From the IMG/VR virus record IMGVR_UViG_3300036944_001184, positions 1 to 58,166 of that record: a stretch of 58,166 bases of DNA. One strand, given 5' to 3'. The position numbers were made by a program, and so were the translations under genes. Below, piece after piece: positions 1-9,925 of this stretch. The stretch's first letter is position 1. Every line of letters begins with the position of its first letter. The DNA comes from a virus (lineage: Duplodnaviria; Caudoviricetes). The notes below the pieces were generated by a model. It had not been told where the DNA came from. It saw only the letters and a program-made list of their open reading frames with translations, and ran no database searches.

Positions 1-3000
1 AGGAATCACGATTCAGTATGACGAATCAGCAAGGGGGATGATGGTCGCCCGACCCAGTGCTCCTGATACGGTGTTCGTGAATCCGCAGCTGCTCGCCCGG
101 GCGATCGAAGGACTCAGCGAGTTCAACGCCCGTCGCTTTGTGCGCGCCGCAGTCAACCACGAGATCGCCCACCTTGCCGCGTTCAGCGCCTTGTCGGACT
201 CCGACATCGACTACATCGCCCTGAACCTGTCGCCAAGCAAGCTGTGGGAAGTGGCTGACCGCTACTACTCGGCGAGCATCCCGGACGCAGCCACCCGGTT
301 CGAAAGAATCCGGGAAGACCGCGCCGCTGGAAAGCTCAGCATCCGCGAGCTGGCCGACGAGTTCGTCCGCATGGAAATCGAGAAGGCCCGCAGCGGCTTC
401 ATCAGCGAAAGCGACTACTCCTTCTATCGCCGCAACCCCAGCATGCTTTCCCGCATGCTGCGTGCACTCGAAGCGTTCATCGCCAAGCTGACCACCCGCA
501 TCCGCGGCATCGAAGACAGCGAGATCGCCGCCTCGGTTCAGCGCGCCACGCGAGTTTACAACCAGCTGGTGTCGCCTGCCGATCCGACTGGTTTCGAGGA
601 GCAGCTCAACGTGCTCCGCCGTGACGATGTCACCGGACGTTTCAGCCTGCCTGTGAAGAACTACGGCAACAACTCCTACGACGTGGGAGGCAAGTTCAGC
701 CGCCTGTTCAAGGGCGATCTGCCAAGCGCCATCAGGGCGCTGGTCGGAACCCGCGACAACCAACTGCGTCTGGTAGCCCGCATCTCCGAACAGTTCAACA
801 ACCAGATGCAGGCGTTCCGCAAGGCAGGAGTCGTCAACGACGAGAACCTGACGCTGGTTCGCAACGCAATGGGCGACACCGGACTGGTGATCTCCAAGGC
901 GCGCATGGCCCAGATCGAAGCGGTGCTGGATGGTGAGATCACGAACATCGAGAAGACGTTCGAGGATTCCGCGAAGACTGAATCGGACAAACTGATTCAT
1001 GATAAGGGTGTGGAAGAAGCAGCCGCGCGTCATAAGGATCGCGTGATCAAGGAGTATCAGCTGGTCGCCGACAAGGCCCGCGCCGCAGCTGCCGAGGCGA
1101 AAGCCAAGCTGCCACCGAAGGTGGTCAAGGTGATCGAGGACGCACGCGCCGCGATCGACAAGGCTTCCGGAAAGATCGCCACCAACCCGTTCACGCCGGA
1201 TGACATCCGCATCGTGATCGACGCCAACATGGGGATCTACCTGACCCGCTCCTACTACGCCTTCACGCAGACTGGATGGACCAAGCTGCTGAAGTCCGCC
1301 GGTATCGCGCAGGTCGGCAACTCCACGATCGACTTCCAGAAGATCCGCGACAACGCCTTGAAGCATTACACCAACAAGGCCAGCAAGAAACTGGAAGCCG
1401 AGATCAAGAAGGCGCATCCGGAGTTCTCGCCAGCAGAGGTCAAGGCTGCGGTCCTGCGTGACACACCCGCCCGGGCTCAGGTCATGTTCGATGAGTTCGT
1501 CGCCAGCATGGACAAGAATGCAGCGAACCTCGCCACTGGGCAAATCCTCGCAGTGGATGTCGAGAAGGCGCTGTTCGAGGAAGGCTCCACGGAACCAGTG
1601 GTGCGCACTGCTCGGGCCAATGAGCTACGTCAGGAGCTTAGCCGCTTCGCCGAGAAGAAGGAGCTGCCCGAGTGGCTGCGTCAGGCCCTCGGCGAAATCA
1701 CCGACCCGGTTGAAGCAGCTACCCGTTCGCTGATCAGCGTCTCCAAGCTCGCCGCCAATCAGGACCTGCTGACAAGCACGCTTGAAGCTGGGCTTGACGG
1801 AGGCTGGATCACCAAGGACCCGATCGTCGCCGACCAGAAGGGCTACGTCAAACTCTCTGGGGCGAACCCGGCGTACGACGCGCCGCTCGACGGAGCCTAC
1901 GGCCCACCCGAGTTCAAGAAAGCGTTCGATACGATCTTCTCGAAGAGCGCCCCTGAGCTGGAAGACACTGCCGATCAGGCGGTGCGGAACGGTATCAAGG
2001 TCCTGCGTGCAACCGCAGGCGGCGCAATGGCCGCGAAGACCCTGCTGTCGGTCGGCTTCTACTCGCGTAACGCAGTGTCCGACTTCGCCTTCTTCGCCCC
2101 ACTGCAAGGCGTGCTGCTGAACCCGGCCAACGTCAAGCGTTGGTTCCAGTCGAAGGGTGCGGCATTCGCCAAGAGCCCCGGCGAGCATGAGGCTTACATC
2201 CGTGAGCTGATCGAACTGGGCGTGCTTGGCGACGACTCCGGAACACAGGCGCTCCGCGATCAGATCGCAGGATACGCCACGGACGCGGAAGCCACACTCA
2301 ACAAGGTGGAGCGCAGCGCGCTTGCTGCACAGGGCGAAGCCTACTGGAAAAAAGCAGGCGGAGTTCCGGCCAAGATCCTGTCTCTTGGGGCAGACCTGAA
2401 CAACACGCTGTCATCCAACCTCCGCATCGGCATGTTCGAGAACGAGCTTGCAGTTCTGCGCGAAGCCTACAAGGGCGATGAGGCTTGGACGGAGGCACGC
2501 CTGAAAAAGGAAGCCGCCGCGAAAGTCCTGCGCACCACGCAGACTCACTCGCAGGTGTTCCCGGTGGTTACCAGCTTCACCAAGTCCGGTCTCGGTTCCC
2601 TGATCGCGCCGTTCGCCCGCTTCAAGGCGGAGGTCGCCCGCATCATGATCGAGACAGTCAAGCTCGCCAGCGAGGAACGCGCCAGCGACAACGAGGTCAT
2701 CCGCAAGCGGGGCAACCAGCGCCTCCGGGGCTATCTAACCACGCTCACCCTGATGCCACTTACCGTGGCAGGCGTGGTCAGTCTAGCGTTCGCCTTCGCT
2801 TTCGGGGACGACGACGATGTGGCGGAAAACAGCATCCTGAGTTACTTCCTGCCGCGCAACGGCGAGGAGCTTCGCCGTGATCAGGCCCTGCGCGCCGGTC
2901 TTGCCGACTGGCAAAAGGGCAACACGGTCTACTTCACGCAGGTGGGTGACAAGGTCCGCTCGCTGGACATGACCTTCATCAACCCGTTCGCGCTCTACAC

Positions 3001-3799
3001 CGACCCGATCATGCGGTCATATGAACTGATCCGCACCGGCAAGGAAGAGGAGATGCCGAAGGTGTTCTCGAAATGGGTGTCCGGTCAGCTGGTTGGTGAC
3101 CAGATCGCGATTGGTGCGGCGATGGAAGCGTTCAACAACAAGGACGAGAAGGGCAACCCGATCACCACGGAGGACACTCCATTCCTTGAGGCGTTGACCA
3201 CCCGCACCACTTACGCGCTGAGCCAAGGCTACAAGCCCCCGGTAGCCAGCTTCGTGCAGAACTTGGTGTCGGGCGAGAAGGGTTCCCGCAAGCCGGTGAC
3301 CGAAGACGACAAGGCGAGCAACCGCAGCGAGATCCTGCTTGGAGAATTGCTCGGCGTTCGCCCCCGCGTTGACGAGGTCAGCACCTTCTACAACCGGGCG
3401 ATCCGTAGCGCGGCGCTGACCTACTCGCAGTCCCGCCGGGCAACCGGAATCCTGAAGTCCCGCTCGCCGCTTGACGAGGATCAGATCACCGATGCAATTC
3501 AGAAAGCCAACCGCGCGCGGGTCTCCGCGTTCGGCACCGCCGCTGAACTGATGAAGGAGTTCGAGAACATGGAGATGACCCGGGGCCAGCTGATCAGCGC
3601 CGGAACAGACGCCGGGTTCTCCAAGGACCGGTTGAACAAGGCACTCGCCAACAGGACTGATCGCTGGACTCCGTCCCGCGACGACCTGAAGGAAGTCTAT
3701 GACGCGGGCCAAAAGGCGGACGGCAACGGCGCGGGTCGCCTGAAGCGGGTAGTGGCGGAATCGCTGAAGTACCCGGCAGTCCAAGTGCTGAATCCGTGA
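1..3799 (+). CDS. C-terminal part of giant internal virion/ejection protein with an HExxH metallopeptidase-like motif; continues from the ORF at 54910 across the window junction
   Basis: Frame open from base 2 to TGA 3799; motif AVNHEIAHLAAF; Ala/Lys/Glu-rich helical composition; last gene of a virion-protein block, followed by a terminator. Confidence 0.75.
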   Translation, partial: GITIQYDESARGMMVARPSAPDTVFVNPQLLARAIEGLSEFNARRFVRAAVNHEIAHLAAFSALSDSDIDYIALNLSPSKLWEVADRYYSASIPDAATRFERIREDRAAGKLSIRELADEFVRMEIEKARSGFISESDYSFYRRNPSMLSRMLRALEAFIAKLTTRIRGIEDSEIAASVQRATRVYNQLVSPADPTGFEEQLNVLRRDDVTGRFSLPVKNYGNNSYDVGGKFSRLFKGDLPSAIRALVGTRDNQLRLVARISEQFNNQMQAFRKAGVVNDENLTLVRNAMGDTGLVISKARMAQIEAVLDGEITNIEKTFEDSAKTESDKLIHDKGVEEAAARHKDRVIKEYQLVADKARAAAAEAKAKLPPKVVKVIEDARAAIDKASGKIATNPFTPDDIRIVIDANMGIYLTRSYYAFTQTGWTKLLKSAGIAQVGNSTIDFQKIRDNALKHYTNKASKKLEAEIKKAHPEFSPAEVKAAVLRDTPARAQVMFDEFVASMDKNAANLATGQILAVDVEKALFEEGSTEPVVRTARANELRQELSRFAEKKELPEWLRQALGEITDPVEAATRSLISVSKLAANQDLLTSTLEAGLDGGWITKDPIVADQKGYVKLSGANPAYDAPLDGAYGPPEFKKAFDTIFSKSAPELEDTADQAVRNGIKVLRATAGGAMAAKTLLSVGFYSRNAVSDFAFFAPLQGVLLNPANVKRWFQSKGAAFAKSPGEHEAYIRELIELGVLGDDSGTQALRDQIAGYATDAEATLNKVERSALAAQGEAYWKKAGGVPAKILSLGADLNNTLSSNLRIGMFENELAVLREAYKGDEAWTEARLKKEAAAKVLRTTQTHSQVFPVVTSFTKSGLGSLIAPFARFKAEVARIMIETVKLASEERASDNEVIRKRGNQRLRGYLTTLTLMPLTVAGVVSLAFAFAFGDDDDVAENSILSYFLPRNGEELRRDQALRAGLADWQKGNTVYFTQVGDKVRSLDMTFINPFALYTDPIMRSYELIRTGKEEEMPKVFSKWVSGQLVGDQIAIGAAMEAFNNKDEKGNPITTEDTPFLEALTTRTTYALSQGYKPPVASFVQNLVSGEKGSRKPVTEDDKASNRSEILLGELLGVRPRVDEVSTFYNRAIRSAALTYSQSRRATGILKSRSPLDEDQITDAIQKANRARVSAFGTAAELMKEFENMEMTRGQLISAGTDAGFSKDRLNKALANRTDRWTPSRDDLKEVYDAGQKADGNGAGRLKRVVAESLKYPAVQVLNP

Positions 3800-3803
3800 A
3801 CGC

Positions 3804-3842
3804 AAAAAAGCGGCACCCGCCGTGAAGCAGGTGCCGCTTTTG
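3804..3842. terminator. Bidirectional intrinsic terminator between convergent blocks
   Basis: AAAAAAGCGGCACC...GGTGCCGCTTTT hairpin with A-run upstream and T-run downstream. Confidence 0.85.
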
Positions 3843-3869
3843 ATGTGTAGTTGTGCGTCTAGCGCGGGA

Positions 3870-4088
3870 TTAGGGGGTCGCCGCCTCGCAATCAAGCGCA
3901 GCGTCTTCCCATTCGAACCCGAAGGTGGGATCTCGGAAGCGGCGCGCCGCTTCTTTTAGCGCGGAGGCCATCTTTTCACGTTGGCGAAAAGCAGCCCGCA
4001 TCTCCTCGTAGTCCTTGATGTCCACCTCCACGAACCCGAGCCCGGTAATCGCGGCTTGGGATCGGTTGTATTTTTCCCAGTCGATCAC
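3870..4088 (-). CDS. Hypothetical protein (GTG start, MIDWEKYNRS...)
   Basis: Start overlaps stop of the upstream gene (GTGA coupling). Confidence 0.65.
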   Translation of the reverse strand: MIDWEKYNRSQAAITGLGFVEVDIKDYEEMRAAFRQREKMASALKEAARRFRDPTFGFEWEDAALDCEAATP

Positions 4089-4456
4089 AGTGCACCTCCT
4101 AGCGTTTGGAACAGGGCAAGGGCGCGATGTTCGGCGGAGGCATGAGTTACGTGCCAAGCTCCCGGTATTCTTTCTGAACCCGTTGCAAATATCAGCCTCG
4201 CATGGTAAAAAAGCCGCTCTCTTTCGCTAAGAACTTTCTCTGCCACATGACAAGTGTCGAGGCTCGCGAACAGATCCGGTACGTTATGGCGAAACTGGAG
4301 TTCTCCTGCCGGGTCCATCCACCACTTCTCAGGCATGCAGTATCCCTGAGTCCGTGCCGCTGTATCCGGATGGTCGGGTGGACGCCACCCCATTTTAGAG
4401 GCGACGAACTCGTTGATCATCTGTCGCTGATCCAAGGTAAGTGATTCGTGGTTCAT
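4085..4456 (-). CDS. Hypothetical phage protein, resembles phage ABA-sandwich-type proteins; similar to 35959-36330
   Basis: VASKMGW...PDLFASLDTCHVAEKVL...ASAEHRALAL pattern; coupled to neighbours. Confidence 0.55.
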   Translation of the reverse strand: MNHESLTLDQRQMINEFVASKMGWRPPDHPDTAARTQGYCMPEKWWMDPAGELQFRHNVPDLFASLDTCHVAEKVLSERERLFYHARLIFATGSERIPGAWHVTHASAEHRALALFQTLGGAL

Positions 4457-4812
4457 GATTCCTCCTTTCTATTCAGGGTGGCGAGGGCTTCGTCAATGGG
4501 GCCAAGTAGGAGGCAATCATCGCAATCGCATTCGGGTTGGACTCTCCATTCTGCATACTCGTTGCGGATCATCCTCAGCAGGTCCGCCAGATTGTCACAC
4601 TGATTTCGTGTCTCTCGGTAGGCTGACTGCTCGACAACCATCGCGTCAACTACAACAGCGTAGGCAATTCTCGCCTCGTCGCGCTCGCGCACTAACTCGT
4701 TGTGCCGCCCGATCATGTCTTCCAAGGACTCTCGGGTGCAGAGGAACAGGGGGCCGCAGTCCGCGAGTGTCAGCATGCCGTCACGGGATCGGTGAATGGT
4801 TGGCGCGCTCAC
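4453..4812 (-). CDS. Hypothetical coiled-coil protein with CDCDDC motif
   Basis: 119-aa ORF with 4-nt overlaps on both sides. Confidence 0.6.
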   Translation of the reverse strand: MSAPTIHRSRDGMLTLADCGPLFLCTRESLEDMIGRHNELVRERDEARIAYAVVVDAMVVEQSAYRETRNQCDNLADLLRMIRNEYAEWRVQPECDCDDCLLLGPIDEALATLNRKEES

Positions 4813-5534
4813 TTCGCCACCTCCTTCCCGACCACGTAATCCCGCTTGAACGAGAACCCATTCCGGCGACCGTAGAATACCACGGTACCCGGCATCAGGT
4901 TCAACGAACCACTTATCATGTCCACCGAATCGCCTCGACGCAATGCCTCGACGACCTGCTCCTCGTTGCTGTTCCTTGGCCTTCCACTTTTGCCTGACTG
5001 GTAGGTGTAGACCAGATCAGGAGTCAGCCCGGTGGCGTAGGCGATCCCCTCGGCGCTGATGCCAAGACCTTGCAGCCTGCGAATCTCGCCTGCCACCTCC
5101 TTCTTGCGTGCGCTGGAGTGTTTCGGAATCACGATTCCGTTGCGGCTGCACACCTGATAGACGGTCTGTATCTTGACGCCAAGCTCGGCGGCGACTTCTG
5201 GCACAGACTTGCCCTGCTCCAGAAGCGCCTGCATCCGGACGGGTTGCTTGGGTTCCTTGGTGCGGAGCCCGCCCTTCAGCTGGAGGGTGCGTACCCGGGT
5301 CTCGGAGAGGCCAAGAGTCTCGGCGATCTGTTCCTCGGTCTTGCCGTCAAGCATCAGCTTGGCGATCTTCATGGTCTTGTTCGCCGCGTTGGATCGCGCC
5401 TGCGGTGGCATCTTGATGTTGTGGTATCTCATGTGGGCTCGGATGTTTCCTTGGTTGGTGCCGAGTTGTTCGGCGATCTCATTCACTGTGCGTCCTGCGG
5501 ATAGCAGGTTCCTGATAAGGGGTTCGTGTTTCAT
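4809..5534 (-). CDS. Multi helix-turn-helix DNA-binding protein (about 5 tandem HTH units)
   Basis: Repeated motifs GRTVNEIAEQLG, GKTEEQIAETLG, GKSVPEVAAELG, GISAEGIAYATG, GDSVDMISGSLN. Confidence 0.8.
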   Translation of the reverse strand: MKHEPLIRNLLSAGRTVNEIAEQLGTNQGNIRAHMRYHNIKMPPQARSNAANKTMKIAKLMLDGKTEEQIAETLGLSETRVRTLQLKGGLRTKEPKQPVRMQALLEQGKSVPEVAAELGVKIQTVYQVCSRNGIVIPKHSSARKKEVAGEIRRLQGLGISAEGIAYATGLTPDLVYTYQSGKSGRPRNSNEEQVVEALRRGDSVDMISGSLNLMPGTVVFYGRRNGFSFKRDYVVGKEVAK

Positions 5535-5689
5535 GTGTCTTGTGTGTCGAGTGTTTTGATGTAGTCGCTGACGAGCTTGATGTCGTCACTGTCAGATCCG
5601 CCTACCACCAGTCGGTGGGCAGCGGCGCGGATTTCTGCGGGGCAGGCTACCGAGCCTCCCGCCAATCGGTATAGCAGTTGTTTGTTCAT
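5531..5689 (-). CDS. Small hypothetical protein (MNKQLLYRLAG...)
   Basis: ATGA-coupled between neighbours. Confidence 0.55.
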   Translation of the reverse strand: MNKQLLYRLAGGSVACPAEIRAAAHRLVVGGSDSDDIKLVSDYIKTLDTQDT

Positions 5690-5961
5690 GGCTTGTATCG
5701 TCTCTTCAGTTCCTTCACCACGGCTGCTCCGGTTCCCGTAAGTCGGTAAACCGCAGAGCCGTCGCGAAGCCAGTTTGTTTTGGTCAACAGCCCGTCCGCC
5801 TCGGCCCGCTTCAATGCCGACTTGGCGAAGCGAACCGGGACATCGAGCATCGGGGCAGCCTCTTTCGAGGACACCCCATCCACCTCCGCCGCGACCAGCA
5901 CGGCGAAGGTGGAACAACGTCTAGCACCAAGCGTGGCAAGTGCAAGTAGAAACTGTATCAT
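5686..5961 (-). CDS. Winged-helix (MarR-like) DNA-binding protein
   Basis: SKEAAPMLDV...KSALKRAEADGLL...YRLTGTG wHTH pattern. Confidence 0.7.
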   Translation of the reverse strand: MIQFLLALATLGARRCSTFAVLVAAEVDGVSSKEAAPMLDVPVRFAKSALKRAEADGLLTKTNWLRDGSAVYRLTGTGAAVVKELKRRYKP

Positions 5962-7979
5962 ACAGTGGTCTTCCTGCGCGCGTCACTGATGAACTCCTTG
6001 GCGACCAAGAAGTCGAACAGCACCGGGTAAGTCTTGCGCGACTTGGACACGAAGTCCAAGAACGTAGCGGCGTTACCGATGCTGGTCAGGCTGGTGGTTG
6101 CTGGCCGGGTGAAGGCCAGCACCGCCTCGACGAACTCGATGTTGCGGACAAACCCGCCCGGGTCCAGCGTGCCCCGGAAGATCCGGAACTCGATGGTGTT
6201 CGAGCCGGAGGTGTTGACCGCTTCGTATCGGTCGCCGTACTGCGACTTGCCGCTGGTGAGGCGCTTGTCTTGGAACACCGCATAGCGGGAACCCTTGCGA
6301 CCGGCAACCGAGCTGACGATGCGGGACATGTCAGGCGAGTTGACGGTCACCAGAATCCGCCCGATCCACAGCGCACTGAGCGGCTTGCGGCTAACGTGGA
6401 TGTGCATGCCGCAGTAACCGTTGCTCCAGCTGGACATGTGGCGCGTAACCTCCGGGTCGTTGAGCGCACTGGTCCAGATGCGCTTGTGGACAGCAGGCGA
6501 ATCCGGGCGGGTGACCACCTCGAATCCTCCGCACTCGATGCTACCGTCGTGCTTGAAGACTCCGTACTTGGCGAAGTCATCCTTGTCCGACAGCGCGTCA
6601 GCCATGACCCGGGCGCAATCGTCCGTGTCGTAGCCCTTGTCAGTGCCCACCTCCAGTTCGATGCCGAACTTGAGGGCGACGTCCTCCTCGGGCTTCATGC
6701 CAGTAGCGGTGTCGTTCGAGTAGTTGCGGATGCGGGTGCGCGAGCTTCCCGAGCAGCGATGACACTCGCCGTTCTCGACAAGGTGGTTGAGATACCAGTA
6801 GCCGCACTCGCTACAGTAAGTCGCCACTTCATCCAGCTCATGCGCGCGTATCCAAGAATACTCGTGCCCGGTTCGTGAATAGTAGCCGCTTCGGATCTGC
6901 ATGGCCCGGTGCCTCGGGGCACGGTCACCACTCAATGTCGTGACAGCCAGCCCGGTTAAGCTCCACTCCCCTTCCACCAGCTCGTAGGTTGGGTTGTTGG
7001 TTGGCGGCTCCAGAAGGTACTCGTACGGGCTAGACCCATCGGTATGCCAGATGGGAGTAAGTTCGGAAACCGGGTGCCACTTGCCACCATCCACCATGGC
7101 CCGATCCCGGCGACTGCGCACGAACTTCCCAGCGTGAGGCCCGCCAGTAATCGCGAACCCATCACCACGCTTCCCGAAGCTGCCGTCAATGAACTGGATC
7201 AGATCAGCGTGCCCTTCGGGATACCACGTTCCTGATACGGGGACCGCCTTGTCGCGGCGCAAGTACTTCCCTTCCGCGTGACACCACACTGCATCCTCAG
7301 CAGGAACAAGGAAGCGACCTACCTTGACGCAGATAGCTCCATCCTTGCGCGTGGTTCGTGGTAAGCCCGTCATGAGCGCGGGGCTCATGTCGGTGCGCAG
7401 CTCCACGCCCAGTTCGAGAAGCTCCTCGCTGCGGTTTACCACGAGGGAGTTGCGGTCTGCGCTCAGCACGCAAAGCTCCAGCCGCTTGCTGTAGTCCTCG
7501 AACCAGTAGATGGTGCTTCCGTTTGGCAGTACCGTGTTGTCCGCCGAGGAGAGACGCTCCCCGGTGATGCGGTTGAACAAGCCCTTCTCCGGGATCTTGA
7601 GGGCGGTGATGCCCAGCTTGTCAGCGTAGGCCCAGTCGGAGTAGCCTGCGTAGCAGGCACCTGACGGCAGGGGCGAGGTGACTCGGACAAGCCCCTCGCT
7701 CAAGTCGCGGATGGTGTATTCCCCAACCCGTGATCCGATGGATACTGGTTGGCCTTCGTAGGTGTACAGGTATTTCATTTTTGATGCAGTTGGTTGTGTT
7801 GTGTAGTTGTACCAGTTGAGGTGGTCGTTGAGTTGGACTGGCGGGATCTCCGCCCACCCGTCAGGGTTGGTAGCCCCACAGCTCCTTTGTATAGACCGCA
7901 TTCGTCCGTAGAACCCGTCAAGTTGCGCTTGACTAATGTAAGCTAATGGCTCATAAGTACTAGGAGGTTCTTCGGGCAT
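5958..7979 (-). CDS. Amidoligase (COOH-NH2 ligase family) paralog A with long N-terminal extension and Cys-rich finger; alternative start at 7778 (MKYLYTY)
   Basis: KFGIELEV, HDGS, GGFEVVTRP, CGMHIHV, RYEAVN, TIEFRIFRGT motifs; CSEC...CHRC before the ligase domain. Confidence 0.85.
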   Translation of the reverse strand: MPEEPPSTYEPLAYISQAQLDGFYGRMRSIQRSCGATNPDGWAEIPPVQLNDHLNWYNYTTQPTASKMKYLYTYEGQPVSIGSRVGEYTIRDLSEGLVRVTSPLPSGACYAGYSDWAYADKLGITALKIPEKGLFNRITGERLSSADNTVLPNGSTIYWFEDYSKRLELCVLSADRNSLVVNRSEELLELGVELRTDMSPALMTGLPRTTRKDGAICVKVGRFLVPAEDAVWCHAEGKYLRRDKAVPVSGTWYPEGHADLIQFIDGSFGKRGDGFAITGGPHAGKFVRSRRDRAMVDGGKWHPVSELTPIWHTDGSSPYEYLLEPPTNNPTYELVEGEWSLTGLAVTTLSGDRAPRHRAMQIRSGYYSRTGHEYSWIRAHELDEVATYCSECGYWYLNHLVENGECHRCSGSSRTRIRNYSNDTATGMKPEEDVALKFGIELEVGTDKGYDTDDCARVMADALSDKDDFAKYGVFKHDGSIECGGFEVVTRPDSPAVHKRIWTSALNDPEVTRHMSSWSNGYCGMHIHVSRKPLSALWIGRILVTVNSPDMSRIVSSVAGRKGSRYAVFQDKRLTSGKSQYGDRYEAVNTSGSNTIEFRIFRGTLDPGGFVRNIEFVEAVLAFTRPATTSLTSIGNAATFLDFVSKSRKTYPVLFDFLVAKEFISDARRKTTV

Positions 7980-7980
7980 C

Positions 7981-8238
7981 TCAGTTGCAGTGGTGGTTGG
8001 TGAATGTGTCAAGGTCATCCAGCATTGAGCCATCGTCCCCGAGCATGGTGGTCATGGCGAGGTTGATGGACGATGCCTTGTTGCTGTCGTGCGCCGCTTC
8101 GAACGAGGTGGTCTTCCCGAAGGGGAAAGACCACACAAGGGCGCGGTGCCCGGCTTGTGACTCGGTGAGTGAGAGTCGCAGGGACTCGCGCTTATCTGGC
8201 GTGGTGACGACAATCGCGTCTAGTGTTTCGTATTTCAT
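7981..8238 (-). CDS. Hypothetical protein (MKYETLDA...)
   Basis: Coupled ORF in operon. Confidence 0.6.
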   Translation of the reverse strand: MKYETLDAIVVTTPDKRESLRLSLTESQAGHRALVWSFPFGKTTSFEAAHDSNKASSINLAMTTMLGDDGSMLDDLDTFTNHHCN

Positions 8239-8504
8239 GGTTGTTGTGGAGTATCGGTGTTGGTGATCTTGCAAATGAGGATCTGAACTTGGTTGTCTTT
8301 CAGGTTCACTCCGAAGATTCGTTTCATCACGCAGCGGAAAAACGACGTATCCGGTGCGAGGCTGGCGACGTGGCTGCTGATGAACTTGTCCGCGATTTCT
8401 CGCGTGATGAGCCCCTCGTTGACCATCGCAAGCGTGGTGTTATGGAGCGTTCGGGTCATGAGGTCAGCGATCTCGTCGCTGCCGTTGATGGATATAATGT
8501 TCAT
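8235..8504 (-). CDS. Hypothetical protein
   Basis: 89-aa ORF, ATGA-coupled. Confidence 0.6.
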   Translation of the reverse strand: MNIISINGSDEIADLMTRTLHNTTLAMVNEGLITREIADKFISSHVASLAPDTSFFRCVMKRIFGVNLKDNQVQILICKITNTDTPQQP

Positions 8505-8701
8505 GGTTGTTGTTTGGTAATGGTCCAGCCCTTGCCCTCGATCGCCTTGCCGGTGCGCCGCTCCGTCGCCTCGCGACCATCGACCGCGTTGTGGTCGTAG
8601 GTCACGGGGGGTTCGGAGGAGGACAGCTCTGGTTGGCAGAAGCAGTCAGGGGATGGGGTGTGTGGTTTGAGGTCGTTCAGTGGGATGATGTGGTAGGTCA
8701 T
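8501..8701 (-). CDS. Small His/Cys protein (MTYHIIPLNDLKPH...CFCQP...HNAVDGRE)
   Basis: Coupled start; H-x5-CxC...HN possible metal-binding pattern. Confidence 0.65.
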   Translation of the reverse strand: MTYHIIPLNDLKPHTPSPDCFCQPELSSSEPPVTYDHNAVDGREATERRTGKAIEGKGWTITKQQP

Positions 8702-8820
8702 GCTCTTGTTGCAATGATGATGGCGAGGGCAACCGCCGCCGGGAGCAGCGTCCTGATGTCCCCGGTGACGAGGAGCAGCAGGACACTGAGGACAAGCCAA
8801 GTGTATAGGATAAGTCGCAT
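8698..8820 (-). CDS. Small membrane protein (40 aa, two hydrophobic stretches)
   Basis: MRLILYTWLVLSVLLLLVTGDIRTLLPAAVALAIIIATRA translated by hand; fills the gap exactly. Confidence 0.6.
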   Translation of the reverse strand: MRLILYTWLVLSVLLLLVTGDIRTLLPAAVALAIIIATRA

Positions 8821-8824
8821 GGTA

Positions 8825-9841
8825 TCAGACGTGGGTAATGCGCTTCAGGGTTTCATGGTTCGGGATGGAGACGCCGTAGATGTTCTGCAACTCGTCGCGC
8901 AGGACCTCCGCCCCGTCCTTGCGGGAGGCGAGCATCTCCAGATCGTAGAGTGTGTAGCCACACTCGCCCAGCTCGGTGACCATCCACTCGTTCTCCTCGC
9001 CGATCTCGGCGATGATCATGGCGTATGAATCCTCCTCGCTGAGTCCGTCGTCCATTGCCCAGCCACCTTCGGAGACCGTCTCGGAGCGGGCAGAGAGATA
9101 GGCTTCCCAATCCTCTTCATCCATGTCGTCGATCTCCTTGTCGGACAAGGTCTCCTTGACCGGAACGGCGATGACCGGATGATAGGTGGTGGTGCCATCC
9201 GCATTCTTGGTGGTGGTCCAAGCCTGCTTGGGCTTGGCCTTGGCGCTGTACGAGTAGCCGCGCGGGTCGGCACAACGCCAGTCCTCGTAGCTGCTGTTGG
9301 ACCACCAGACTCCGTTCTTCCAGTGACCATTCGCCTCGCCCCAGATGGCGAAGTCGCCGTCCGCATTGAGGAACACCAGCTTGTTGCTGCGACCCACCAT
9401 CATGTCGCCCATCGTAATGAACTCGGGGCGCATGAAGTACTTGTGATCGTTGAGCCAGAACGGGTGCAGGATGTCGCGGCAGATGTGCCACGTATCGCTG
9501 AACGACGGGTTGTCATTGGCTGCCTCGAAGAACATGCCGTTGTGGATCACGGCAGCAGGGCAGCCGCCACCGTCACCGAAGGTACGCAGATCGAACGGAT
9601 GGCAGTTGTCCTGATTGACCTTGCCATGCGTGGAGATGCGGAAGTGGATGATCGCCGCGTACTCGCCGAAGGGTTCGAGCGCCTTCTTGAAATGCTCGAA
9701 CTTGAAGAAGCCCTTCTCGACGATGAGCTGACCGTCAACCGCGACAGCGAAGCCAGCGCCATCCGGGTTGTAGTTCATTCCATTTTCGAGGGCGTTCCAA
9801 TCAGGGGCGATACCGGCTGGTTTGTATAGTGCAAGACACAT
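8825..9841 (-). CDS. Class II (Ntn) glutamine amidotransferase with acidic C-terminal extension
   Basis: N-terminal Met-Cys (MCLALYKP), NPDGAG, HFRISTHG, NCHPF, HNG, SDT motifs. Confidence 0.9.
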   Translation of the reverse strand: MCLALYKPAGIAPDWNALENGMNYNPDGAGFAVAVDGQLIVEKGFFKFEHFKKALEPFGEYAAIIHFRISTHGKVNQDNCHPFDLRTFGDGGGCPAAVIHNGMFFEAANDNPSFSDTWHICRDILHPFWLNDHKYFMRPEFITMGDMMVGRSNKLVFLNADGDFAIWGEANGHWKNGVWWSNSSYEDWRCADPRGYSYSAKAKPKQAWTTTKNADGTTTYHPVIAVPVKETLSDKEIDDMDEEDWEAYLSARSETVSEGGWAMDDGLSEEDSYAMIIAEIGEENEWMVTELGECGYTLYDLEMLASRKDGAEVLRDELQNIYGVSIPNHETLKRITHV

Positions 9842-9925
9842 AATGGTAGTTTGTTTTTGTAGTAGTGGTTTGGGTGTTTTCTGCTGCACCCGCAGCGTCT
9901 TATCCGTTTTTCCGAATAGCGGGGA

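Noticed and set aside
26-1543. Long antisense ORFs (also 18771-19859, 21250-22404, 39090-40151, 44194-45327 and others)
   Set aside because: Shadow ORFs of GC3-rich genes on the opposite strand; no motifs
1-3799. Giant protein as an N4-like virion RNA polymerase reading the hairpins
   Set aside because: No polymerase motif could be recognised by eye; left open for structure prediction but not claimed
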